From NCBI GenBank assembly GCA_951804945.1, contig OX638149.1:63364001-63428000 (forward strand): a DNA stretch of 64,000 nt, written 5' to 3'. The translations under genes and the position numbers were made by a program. How positions within the stretch are numbered: the first letter of the stretch is position 1; every line of letters starts with the position of its first letter. The DNA is from Podarcis cretensis (Eukaryota). The notes below the pieces were generated by a model, which worked only from the letters and a program-made list of their open reading frames with translations, ran no database searches and had not been told where the DNA came from. Positions 38,602-49,005 of the stretch are shown piece after piece.

Positions 38602-40422
38602 GGACTTCCGGGTTAGCGCGATCCGGTTAATGGCGGAATCGGCTCTGTTGCAGACGGGTCTCACCGCGACGGCGACGCGGGGACCCTTAGAAACCGCAGG
38701 CGCGGAAGCCTGCGGACCTGGTGACTCGGCGGGCACCTAAAGCGCCCCCCGACCCACGAAGAGCCTTTTTAAAGGCTGCGGAGAGGGTACGGGGAGTGGC
38801 GTGGTGCTGTGAGTAGACCGCTACTGCAGTGGAGCGAAGCCGCGAGCCATGGCCGGAGACCGCTGACTTTCTTCCCTGAAATTCGGACTTTAACTAATCC
38901 GTGAGTAGATTGGAATTTGGACTTTAAAAATTTTATCCTTGAATTCGGCACGACCGGGGGATGTGCTAAAGGGAAGTCCGCACCCCCCTGCCTACAGAAA
39001 ATTTAAAGCAAAGATCGGAGAACTAAGGTGGAGAGTTCTTTCTTTGATGTTTTGTAAAAGATAATATTTGCACGAATTTGACAGAAGAAGATTTGTGCTG
39101 GAGAGTAAGAGTGGAATTTTAGAAGTTTTTGTTTAAACCCCCCCAGACCAGGGGGTGTCCTCTATGTGAGCTGGAGAAAAAGGAACGAGGAGTTTGACAG
39201 CTGTCAAAGGAGCTGTCAAACGGGCAGCGAAAGTTAAAAACTTTATTATTTAACACTTTTTTGGACTTAATTTGCTACATTTGAACTAAAGTGGTTGGAA
39301 ACAAAGTAGGGAAATAACAAGGTAAAGGACTATTGGGAAAAGACTATTAAGTAACTAGAATCCCCCTAGGGGAAACATTGAAACATTACAATGGCTGCAG
39401 ATGGAAAATTACAGGCAGAGTTAGAAAGAATGTTTTTTCTTGTGGGAAAACTGCAGGAGCAGACTACGGTGATGAGTAAACAACTTATAACCTTGAACTC
39501 TAAAATAAGCGACTCTGCTGAAGGCACAATGGACTTGACTGGGAAAAAATCTGCAGCTGAATCAGAAGAGATAACTTTGGAACAGGGGGAGAGTGAGCAA
39601 GGGCCAGTACAGATGGAGACTACCAACCACAAGCTTACATTGTTAGAATACAAAGAAGAAGACCCTTGGATTACAAATCTGCGAAAGACGCGAAAGAGGA
39701 GGGAGGAAGCCCCTGGAACATTTGGAATATTTGAATTTAAAAGAAATAAGAAATATGACTGGGGCTTCCTCTTTGAGTATGGATTGGTTGACCTTCTGCA
39801 GCAGCTGGTGTCAAGTACTTTGGATGGAAGAAATTTTGATGAGACCGAGCTGGAACTTCCTCGAAACCCGAGGACCAATGAGGAGAGCTACCAACAAGAT
39901 CGGCAAAGAGAGACTGATAGGGACTTAAAGGCCTCAGATGTGAGGAATCCAGGCTAAAAACTGTTTTTGTGGACGTGGGGACAGTTGGAAGGGACAGAAA
40001 CCGGGGCTGGGGGGGGGGGAGGAGAATCTTTTTTTAAAAAAAATATTTATGACTTTTGTGTTTGATTATTATGATCTATTTTTAAGATAAAAGGGAAATT
40101 CGTGGAAGGAATTCGAGTCGACCTTAGAAAAGCTTTTAATATTTATAAGAAAATTGGATAAGTAAAATCTGGCCAAGTAAAAGGTTTTTTTTAAATATAT
40201 ATATATATAATAATAATATGTAAAGGATGAGAGATATGAATTTGCTGAGTTAATTTAATTGAACTAGGATGTATGAAGGGGGGGTGGGGGGAGGTCAAGA
40301 ACTGGGGTTAGGAAAGTAAGATTATGAAACTTCATACGTGTTGTCTTTGTTTATGTGTGTGTATGTTTGTCTTGATAAAATGTGAAAATTTAATAAAAAA
40401 TTTTTTTTTTTTTAAAAAAAAA
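38602..40422 (+). mobile_element. Full-length non-autonomous L1-type (HAL1-like) retroposon, 1821 bp
   Basis: Perfect 17-bp TSD GATATTTTGGGTTTTCC (38585-38601 / 40423-40439); CpG-rich head GGACTTCCGGGTTAGCGC; a single ORF; G-rich then GT-rich 3'UTR; AATAAA at 40392 and A-tail. Confidence 0.9.
39391..39957 (+). CDS. 188-aa retroposon protein, putative divergent or shortened L1 ORF1-like protein
   Basis: Strong Kozak context ACAATGG; uninterrupted; located where ORF1 would be, after a ~790-bp 5'UTR; heptad-like LQAELERMFFLVGKLQEQTTVMSKQLITLNSKI; basic cluster RKTRKRR; no RT or EN motif. Confidence 0.6.
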   Translation: MAADGKLQAELERMFFLVGKLQEQTTVMSKQLITLNSKISDSAEGTMDLTGKKSAAESEEITLEQGESEQGPVQMETTNHKLTLLEYKEEDPWITNLRKTRKRREEAPGTFGIFEFKRNKKYDWGFLFEYGLVDLLQQLVSSTLDGRNFDETELELPRNPRTNEESYQQDRQRETDRDLKASDVRNPG

Positions 40423-40858
40423 GATATTTTGGGTTTTCCAGTGCATAAAATGTTACATTTACACTATACTATAGTTTATTAAGCCAGGCCCTCTGACTGC
40501 AGGGATGGTGGTGGGGAAACAGCTCCAGCTCTAGCCAGCTCCACTCCCATGGCCAGAAGAGGGGCAACCATGAGGGGCTTTCTTTCCCTGGAAGTGGCCT
40601 GCAATATCTATCTAAAAAAGCTATCTAAGAAAGCAAACACAGCAAAAAGTAGATGGGATTTCCTTGTCAGGAGCCAGCACATTCATAAACTCATGTTAAG
40701 CCACTGTTTGTCTTACATGCAAATGAGGCCAATGGTCCGCATATAATGCAGACCTCATATACCTGTTGCATGAACCTGCACCACATATTAGTTTGCTTGG
40801 AAACTGTTGAGCATCTGTCATGTAACCAACCTGCAGACTTGAGCATGGCTCCTGAGTA

Positions 40859-41099
40859 CAGTCGTACCTTGGTTCTCAAATGCCTTGGTACTCATACGTT
40901 TTGGCTCCCGAACGCCAAAAACCCATGAATAAGTGTTCCAGTTTTTGAACGTTTTTCGGAAGCCGAATGTCTGATGCGGTTGTCGGCTATTGTTTCCAGG
41001 GTGCCTGAGCCAATTGGAAGCCACTGCTTGGTTTTTGAACGTTTCAGAATTCGAATGGACTTCCGGAATGGATTATGTTTGAGAACCAAGGTACAACTC
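40859..41099. mobile_element. Tigger/pogo-type MITE (related to family C)
   Basis: TA|CAGTCGTACCTTGGTTCTCAAA...TTTGAGAACCAAGGTACAACTC|TA. Confidence 0.85.
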
Positions 41100-43408
41100 T
41101 ACACAGAAAGGCGGGGATATTTCACAGAGATAGAATTTCCTTTTAGACATTCACCAAACTTGGAGGATCTGTAACCACTCATGGCCAGGGGTAAACTAGA
41201 AAGCTACAATTGCAGGAAGAGGAATCACATGCCATTGTAATTTTAATATATCTATACGCTCATAAAACTTGAACACGCTTCAAGCCTTTGTGTAAAGATG
41301 GATTTGCTCTTATTTTTGTTTTATGCCTAAAAAATAAAATTAATCACCCTTTTACAAAAACAGAGAGAGGCAGAAAATTGAGATACACAGACAAGGAAAA
41401 TTGTTTCCATGAAATGTAATAGAACAATATGCAAGTGGAGGAAACAAAATTGACCCTAGTAATCATCCCGTCAATCTCACATGCAGAGAAATATTTTATT
41501 CAATTCAACTGTAATTACTTTTGTTCATTAGATTAATCTATAAGATCTAGTCTTTGGGCATTTTAAAATAGGATGAAGTAATGCCATATTTCTTCTTGTG
41601 TTGTAAAGAGGTTTTCTGCAAAGAAGTTGCCAGTGTCTCCCTTTCAAAGGGCTGACATTGCTGAAATCAGCATTTTTATGAGAGAATCCTGGTTTGTAAA
41701 GTTTTCATTGCTGTCGCGGATCAACAAGCAGTATGTTTTCGCCATATTTTTATCTCAATATGTTTTAATTTTCTGTGCCAAGCAAAATACCATATAATTG
41801 CCATCTAAACCTGCAATGTTACCTTTCACCTCATGGTCAAATATGCATATGTAACAATGACGATGGTTATTCTCATTTATGACTTATGCTGTATAAATCC
41901 AAGCAAAATATCCAACCATATACATGACTGTTTATGCAACTTCAAGATCTATGATTCAATGGAGTTCTGTGTGAAACCATATGTACGATGACACCTGGGG
42001 CATAGATTGCATCAAAAATTGGGAAAGCAAGTAAAAAGTATAAGATGTCTACTTTATGTATGTAGATGTCTACTTTATGAACTTCCTTCATTTCCAGTCT
42101 TGTCTTACAATTACACACACCCCATTACAATTTATGCATAAAGTTTGGTTATCTTACTCCCCCTACAAAAAGAACTACATTAAATAGGAGGAGACAGAGA
42201 ATGAAAGATAGCTTATTTTGTATAAGAATTGTTTCTGAGACACTGAAATTGGGGGAAGAAAACCAATGGAACTATAGATCTTGCTTAAAATCAATCATTA
42301 ACATTTATTGGCCTCATCTCCGAGACTCGACACCAGGTAAATGAAAGCAAATGAGTGTCTGTGCCAAAACATAGCACGCTGCTCAATGCAAATGAATCAT
42401 TGCAGTGCAGGCAGAGGCTTTTAACAGACTAGACACTTGCAAAATGCAAAGAAATTCCATAGCAGTAAAGAGGATACTGATGAGTCAGGCAACTGCATGA
42501 CATGCCGTTTTAGGGAGTTCAAGTTGGCTCTTGCCGCCTACACAAATTCAGCCTTATATTCTCTTCCAAGAAGAGAAAAGGGAGCTCGTTGTTATGGTCA
42601 TATAAGAGTTCACGGACATGTCTTGCAACCGAGCCCATGGTTGGCCTAGTTGCTGAGACTGCACCATATAACAAATACTTTCCAGTAGCTTCAGGGCTGA
42701 GTAGGAATTTTTCTTCTCTGCTTGCATATTGGCCAACCCCAACAGGTTGTTTTGTAAAAAAATATCTTGTACTGGATTCAGGGGACAAGGGATCTAGAGA
42801 GTAGCTGCAGTTAATTGGTCAGCCATGTTGTTGGCAGGGAAGGCTATATTAGTTAAGGGGACAGGTGAGCAATCTGAAGACACTTTTGCAGGTGAAGAAG
42901 TGAGTTGGTCTGTGGGGCCCTTGGCCAGGATAATGTCTGTTCTTCCGGCTAAGCTGCCAGGAGTTGTGGGACCTTGGGTGGGGTGGGGCAGCAAAACTTC
43001 TCTTCTCACCATACTCACTATGCCTTACTGAGCCCCTTGGAATCTGCAGTCTTGCTGTCCCAAGGCTGAGAGTAAAGCTAGCTTCCCACTCCTCTAATTT
43101 ACCCTGCAGATCTTATTAATAAAAGGTGGCGATAAGAACTCATCACTCAGTTCTCACTTCTTTTATTCCTGGGTCCAATTGCAACAAGTATCCATATTTG
43201 AGGACAAGACACTAGTTTGGGAAGTGGAGGGCAAGCCATATGGCACACACACAGTTCTGTCCTCCAATGCCTGAGGCAGCTGCCTGCATTTGCCTAACAA
43301 CAGAGCCCTGAATGGAAGGAAGGCGAAGATGTGTTTCCTTCCCGACCTGTTCTGTTGGAAGTGAAGTGTCTGTCCCCATGTATTTATATCCCCCCACCCC
43401 AATTGTTG

Positions 43409-43770
43409 GATGATGATGATGATGATGATGATGATAATTTATTACTTATACCCTGCCCATTTGGCTGGGCTTCCCCAGCCACTCTGGGTGGCTTCCAACA
43501 GAACATTAAAAACATGGTAGAAGATCAAACATTAAAAACTTCCCTGAACAGGGCTGCTTTCAGATGTCTTCTAAAAGTCAGTTGGTTGTTTATTTCCTTG
43601 ACATATGATGGGAGGACATTCCACAGGGCGCGTGCCACTACCGAGAAGGCCCTCAGCCTGGTTCCCTTTAAGCTCACTTCTTGCAGGGAGGGAACTGCCA
43701 GAAGGCCTCGGCACTGGACCTCAGGGTCCAGGCTGAACGGTAGGGGTGGAGATGCTCCTTCAGGTATACT
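43409..43770 (-). mobile_element. L2 LINE 3' fragment with (CAT)n tail
   Basis: Colinear with 62255-62580 (TATACCC.GCCCAT.TGGCTG...GAGAAGGCCCTC...CTCCTTCAGGTATACT); (GAT)n on +. Confidence 0.85.
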
Positions 43771-44148
43771 AGAACTTGGAACATGGAAGCATGTACAGGA
43801 TTATTAGAAACTAGATTATTAGAGATGATTCAAGAAGGCTGCTTCTACATGCAGTTTGTAAAAGGAAAAAAGAGAGACATTGTCCCTATCTTTACAACAA
43901 AAGAAAAAGCTACCTTTTTACTCAGGTCATTCAGTATATGTGAACAGTAGGTCTGGGTCTTAGAAAAACTCATCAGTACATTGTACATTATGATGATTGT
44001 GCTAGGATTACAATACAGCTTGTTAAAAATACAAAATTGTTAAGTGCCCACAACGTTAAATGCTTTATTTCACAGTTGTACACATCTGAAAGCAGGATTC
44101 TATAGAGAGCCAACTTCCAGGTAAGAATAAATATTGAGGTGCAATCTA

Positions 44149-45265
44149 TTTTATTTTTTTTAATAATTTTTATTAACTGGCCAATCACATCAAATTAAAT
44201 CACATCATATAAATTCCGAATTACAAAGCCAAATTTTTAAATTTTGTTGGGGGAACCCATACTTCAAGATCCAAAGGGGAATTCAGATCATCTTCTTATT
44301 ACTGCGTTAATGTCCAAATCAGTCCCAATCAGTCCAAACAAAGTTCATAATTCTATCCAGTCTTATCTTGGTGTTGCCACATCATATCTTGTTCGTATAA
44401 TTTCTCTTTTTCCTTTACGATCTCTTCTGTTAGTCTCCTTAAGCCGATAGCAAGTGTAATAATCCTGTGTGGATTTCCCGTTCCTTCACTAAGTCCAGAT
44501 GGTTTCCATATATCTCCTTCGTAGATAACATCACTTTATCCATCGTAAATTTTGGCATTTGTCGCTCTTAAGTCCCACCGAGGAGTTGATTCACGATATG
44601 TAAACAACTCTATTTCTCTCTTTCTCCTCCCAGACCCAAGAGCTCCCACAATGCCTCACAAAATGGCGAACGACATTTTTTCCTGACTGCGTCACTCCAA
44701 AACTCTTAGCTTTCCAGCTTCATCTTGAAACATTGCTTTGGATCGAAAGTTTATCTCCACACAGCCTTAAATCCACAGCTTAAGTCCTTAATTTGTGACT
44801 CATTAGGGGAGGGGGATTCTTGTTAAATCACATAAAAAGGTAGAGGCAGGTTTTTCCCCCCCTCCCCCTCAGTCATTACCGTATCTTGACGTTCTTCTCG
44901 TATTTTATTGTTGTCTTGTTATCAGAGATCTCTTCTGTCAGCAGTATTTACTCCCCTTTTTCCTTGATGTATGTGCAATTAATCATGTCCAAATTATTTC
45001 TTTTAAAGATCATTGCAACCAGCGGCGCGAATCGGGGACGGCGTCGAGGAGTGCCGAAAATCCCACAGGAGGGCTTTGTGCCTAGTGCCCCCACCCCCAC
45101 AAATTCGGGGGTGGTATAAGGCACAGCAGGCAAGGGCCGTCCCCCCCCATAATCCTGGGGGGGTTAAGGAGGCTAATTACCCCCATCATAGCCTCCAAAT
45201 TACCTCGTGTGGGTCGGAGAGATGTTATTGTCAGCCATCTTCCGATGCGCCACCTAGTGGCCCCC
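44149..45265 (-). mobile_element. Full-length non-autonomous poly(A) retroposon, 1117 bp, no RT
   Basis: Perfect 17-bp TSD TATTGAGGTGCAATCTA (44132-44148 / 45266-45282); T-rich tail with TTTATT on +; GC/CpG-rich 5' head on minus GGGGGCCACTAGGTGGCGCATCGGAAGATGGC. Confidence 0.85.
45234..45262 (-). promoter_or_regulatory. Candidate CTCF site (45247-45262) and YY1/ETS motif (45234-45244) at the retroposon 5' end
   Basis: GGCCACTAGGTGGCGC matches the CTCF core CCA(C/G)(C/T)AG(A/G)(G/T)GGCGC; CGGAAGATGGC contains the ETS core CGGAAG and the YY1 core AAGATGGC. Confidence 0.6.
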
Positions 45266-45316
45266 TATTGAGGTGCAATCTACCCTGTCATGTAATTCTC
45301 CCTTCCTAAACTTAAT

Positions 45317-45683
45317 GGTAAAGGTAAAGGTAAAGGTAAAGGTACCCCTGCCCGTACGGGCCAGTCTTGACAGACTCTGGGGTTGTGCGCCCATCTCACT
45401 TAAGAGGCCAGGGGCCAGCGCTGTCCGGAGACACTTCCGGGTCACGTGGCCAGCGTGACATCGCTGCTCTGGCCAGAGCCAGAGCCGCACACGGAAACGC
45501 CATTTACCTTCCCGCTGGTAAGCGGTCCCTATTTATCTACTTGCACCCGGAGGTGCTTTCGAACTGCTAGGTTGGCAGGCGCTGGGACCGAGCAGCGGGA
45601 GCGCACCCCGCCGCAGGGATTCGAACCGCCGACCTTTCGATCGGCAAGTCCTAAGCGCTGAGGCTTTAACCCACAACGCCACC
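45317..45683 (-). mobile_element. Sauria SINE (Squam1), young and CpG-rich
   Basis: (AAAGGT)n on +; highly similar to 15552-15914; box B GGTTCGAATCCC on minus. Confidence 0.92.
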
Positions 45684-46823
45684 ATGAAGCTTGATATCAC
45701 CATTTAAAAAGCAATGATGAAACACTTGCCTTAAAAAAACAACACATCAGTGCTTTGAAATATTCTTTTTCTATGTGTGTGTTTGAGGGAAAAATAATTG
45801 AATGGAAAGCAATTAACATTTCTGAGTCATTTAGTCCCCATTATTTAAAATAAAGGGAGGATAGATGTCAATCATTGTCAAAACAATGTTGCATGGAAAT
45901 ACACATTGGAGTAGATAAAAGCATTAGTGCTGTCAGTCTAAAATTCAGAAATAATATGTGTTTTGCAAGAATCCATAAGTTGCTGGTCAAAGATTTCTGA
46001 CTAACAGTTTGGGTCTTTTAAATAGAACTATAGAAAAAAATATATACAAAGGAGCTGGTAGTATGATGGATGGAACTGAACAAATTTATAACTCTTCACT
46101 GCTGTTTTGAATACACCCATGCCAAATATCTACAAATCTGAGTAGCAATAAAGATTGCAATAATAACCATCTGTCAGTGCGCTTTTCCAGCTTCTGTTTT
46201 CCAGGCTATAAAGTTCTGCTTCATGTACATATGCAGAACAACTCTTTCCTGTTTTATTTCATGGTAATTCTGACCTGATGCAGCCAAGCATAGAATGAAG
46301 TGAGGAGAAAAATTGGACTGGTTATTCTGGTTTAATCCAGCCTTCCCCAACCCATGCCATCCATATGTTTTGGACTACAACACCCATGAGCCCCAGGAAG
46401 TGTGGCTGTGCTGGTTGTAGATGATAGGACTTGAAGACCAAATCACCTGAAAGGCATGAGGTTCAGGGAAGCTGGCCTAGCCTGGTGAGCCACTGTTCTG
46501 GAACAGCTTGATAGTATAATGCTTAAGGCCCTGTGGGCTGTTGCCAGGTGAAAATGAGATCCAATCAACTTTCAGCACTGACAGATTATTGGTCCTGAGG
46601 GAGGAAGTGGCTATCTAGAAAGGAAAGATTGCAAAACTGTGTTCCAGATTTATTTTATTTTATTTTTTGCTGTAAGGGCTCTGGGGTGGAAGTTTCCCTG
46701 GCAGGATGCAGAGATATTTAGTTATGCCCTAATTGTCAGGAATTGAATTCTATGGCTAATAAAAACAGAAATATAGGCTTCACCTGTTCCGCTTCGTTAA
46801 TGCAACACTTGCCTTAAAAATAC

Positions 46824-47098
46824 AGGTAAACGGTAAAGGTAAAGGACCCCTGGACGGTTAAGTCCAGTCAAAGGTGACTATGGGGTTGCAGAGCACATCT
46901 CACTTTCAGGCTGAGGGAGCCGGCGTTTGTCCACAGACAGCTTTCTGGGTCATGTGGCCAACATGACTAAACCGCTTATGATGCAATGGAACACCGTGAT
47001 GGAAATCAGAGCGCACAGAAATGCCATTTACCTTCCCGTTGCACTGGTACCTATTTATCTACTTGCACTGGTGTGCTTTCAAACTGCTAGGTTGGCAG
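46824..47098 (-). mobile_element. Sauria SINE, older subfamily, 5'-truncated
   Basis: GGTAAAGGTAAAGGACCCCTG...GGGTCATGTGGCCA...CCTATTTATCTACTTGCAC...AACTGCTAGGTTGGCAG. Confidence 0.85.
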
Positions 47099-47324
47099 TG
47101 CAGCAGCAAGCTATTCTACAGACAAAGGTACAACACATCTGATCAACCCTGACAAGTCAATGGTAAGAGAGTGCTTGCTGCCCCAAATTCAGCTGGGGAG
47201 TCAAGTCTGCTCTCTGTGTGGAAAGATTTGGGATCAGAGGAGGTAAAGGAAAAGTGTTTTGTACAGTCAGCTGCAGGGAGTGAGAACGTTGCCTGCGTGC
47301 GTGTACAACCGTGTTGACGTTCTT

Positions 47325-47775
47325 AATATTTATAAAAATTATACATGGAGGAAGTTGGATAGAGAAGAGTTTTTCTCCCTCATATCACTAGAATTGTGGA
47401 CATCCAATGAGGCTGAATGTTGGAAGATTCAGGAGGACAGATAAAAGGTAGTACTCCTTCTCATGTCACAGCTAAACTATGGAACTCACTCCCAAAGGAA
47501 GCTGTGGTGACTACTAGTTGGATGGCTTTAAAAGAGGAGTAGACACATTCATAGAGGACAAGGCTATGAAGACCTACGAGGCATGATGGCTGTGTTCTAC
47601 CTCCACTCTCAGAGGCAGTATGCCTCCGAATGCCACTTGCTGGGAACTGTACGTTGGCAGACTGCTGCTGCGCTCACATCCTGCTTCTGGGCTTCACAAA
47701 GGCATCTGGGTGGCCACTGTGAGAATAGGATGCTGGACTAGACAAGCAATTGGCTTGATTCAGCAGACTCTTCTT
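47325..47775 (+). mobile_element. Old CR1 3' end
   Basis: TTTATAAAAATTATACATGG...ACATCCAATGAGGCTGAATGTTGGAAGATTCAGG...CTATGGAACTCACTCCC...GGATGCTGGACTAGA. Confidence 0.7.
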
Positions 47776-48073
47776 GCGACCTTTTATACTCTTTTTTTTT
47801 TGCAGCATTAATTAATCTATATTAATTAACCTTTGTTTGAGCTCTGTGTGGAACCTCTTAGAAGTGCCTTTGCCAAATATAACCTAAACCAAATAGGAAA
47901 AGGACTGATTTCTGCTTAGTAGCAAGCACCTCTAAGTGACACTTATCCTTTAATATTTATTTTAATGCAAGTTAACAAAAAAACAGACTAAGGAATTCTC
48001 TATCAATGACAGTTTCAGTGAATCAGATCAGAAATGCATCTAGCTTTCATTCCACCAGTGTTTAATTGAGCTT

Positions 48074-48180
48074 AATAAAGCTGGCATCATTTAGAACTAT
48101 GAGCCAGTTTTTACCACACTTAGAATCAAGATGTGGTAAAAAGCTGGCTCATAGTTAAACTAAGTGATGCCAGCTTTATT
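48074..48180. repeat. Near-perfect inverted repeat, ~46-bp arms
   Basis: AATAAAGCTGGCATCATTTAGAACTATGAGCCAGTTTTTACCACA / TGTGGTAAAAAGCTGGCTCATAGTTAAACTAAGTGATGCCAGCTTTATT. Confidence 0.85.
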
Positions 48181-48193
48181 TTCTGAGAATGCT

Positions 48194-49005
48194 GTTGTTG
48201 TTGTTGTATAGTTGTTTAGTCGTGTCTGACTCTTTGTGACCCCATGGACTAGAGCACTCCAGGCACTTCTGTCTTCCACTGCCTCCCGCAGTTTGGTCAA
48301 ACTCATGCTGGTAGCTTCGAAGACACTATCCAACCATCTCGTCCTCTGTCGTCCCCCTCTCCTTGTGCCCTCCATCTTTCCCAACACCAGGGTAAAGACC
48401 CTGGCCAAAGTATTGGAGCCTCAGCTTCATGATCTATCCTTCCAGTGAGCACTCAGGGCTGATTTCCTTCAGAATGGATAGGTTTGATCTTCATTGCAGT
48501 CCATGGGACTCTCAAGACTCTCCTCCAGCACCATAATTCAAAAGCACCAATTTTTTGGCGATCAGCCTTCTTTATGGTCCAGCTTTCACTTCCATATATC
48601 ACTACTGAGGAAAACCATAGCTTTTACTATATGGACCTTTGTTGGCAAGGTGATGTCTCTACTTTTTAAGATGATGTCTAGGTTTGTCATTGCTTTTCTC
48701 CCAAGAAGCAGGCGTCTTTTAATTTTGTGGCTGCTGTCACCATCTGCAGTGATCATAGAGCCCAAGAAAGTAAAATCTCTCACTGACTCTATTTCTTCCC
48801 CTTCTGTTTGCCAGGAGGTGATGGGACCAGTGGCCATGATCTTCATGTTTTTGATGTTGAGCTTCAGACCATATTTTGCACTCTCCTCTTTCACCCTCAA
48901 TAAAAGGTTCTTTAATTCCTCCTCACTTTCTGCCATCAAGGTTGTGTCATCTGCATATCTGAGGTTGCTGATATTTCTTCCAGCAATCTTAATTCCAGCT
49001 AAGGA
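48194..49005 (-). mobile_element. Bov-B (RTE) LINE, 5'-truncated
   Basis: Minus strand encodes NLRYADDTTLMAESEEELKNLLLRVKEESAKYGLKLNIK and RQRTRWLDSVFEAT..LREAVEDRSAWSALVHGVTKS; (CAA)n tail; 13-bp TSD TTC(T/C)GAGAATGCT at 48181-48193 / 49006-49018. Confidence 0.93.

Larger units (their letters stand above)
38505..40483 (-). mobile_element. Tigger1-like transposon end (38505-38601 + 40440-40483), split by a retroposon insertion
   Basis: CAGGCATACCTC..AGATATTG.GG.TTCG..TCCAGACCACC.CAATAAA... continues after the insert as AGTGCATAAAATGTTACATTTACACTATACTATAGTTTATTAAG, matching the recalled Tigger1 terminus. Confidence 0.75.

Noticed and set aside
39366-39878. 170-aa antisense ORF
   Set aside because: Shadow of the sense ORF 39391-39957; Ser-rich with no independent support
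42470-42520. CTGATGAG, a possible hammerhead ribozyme core (also at 13675)
   Set aside because: No stem II followed by GAAA
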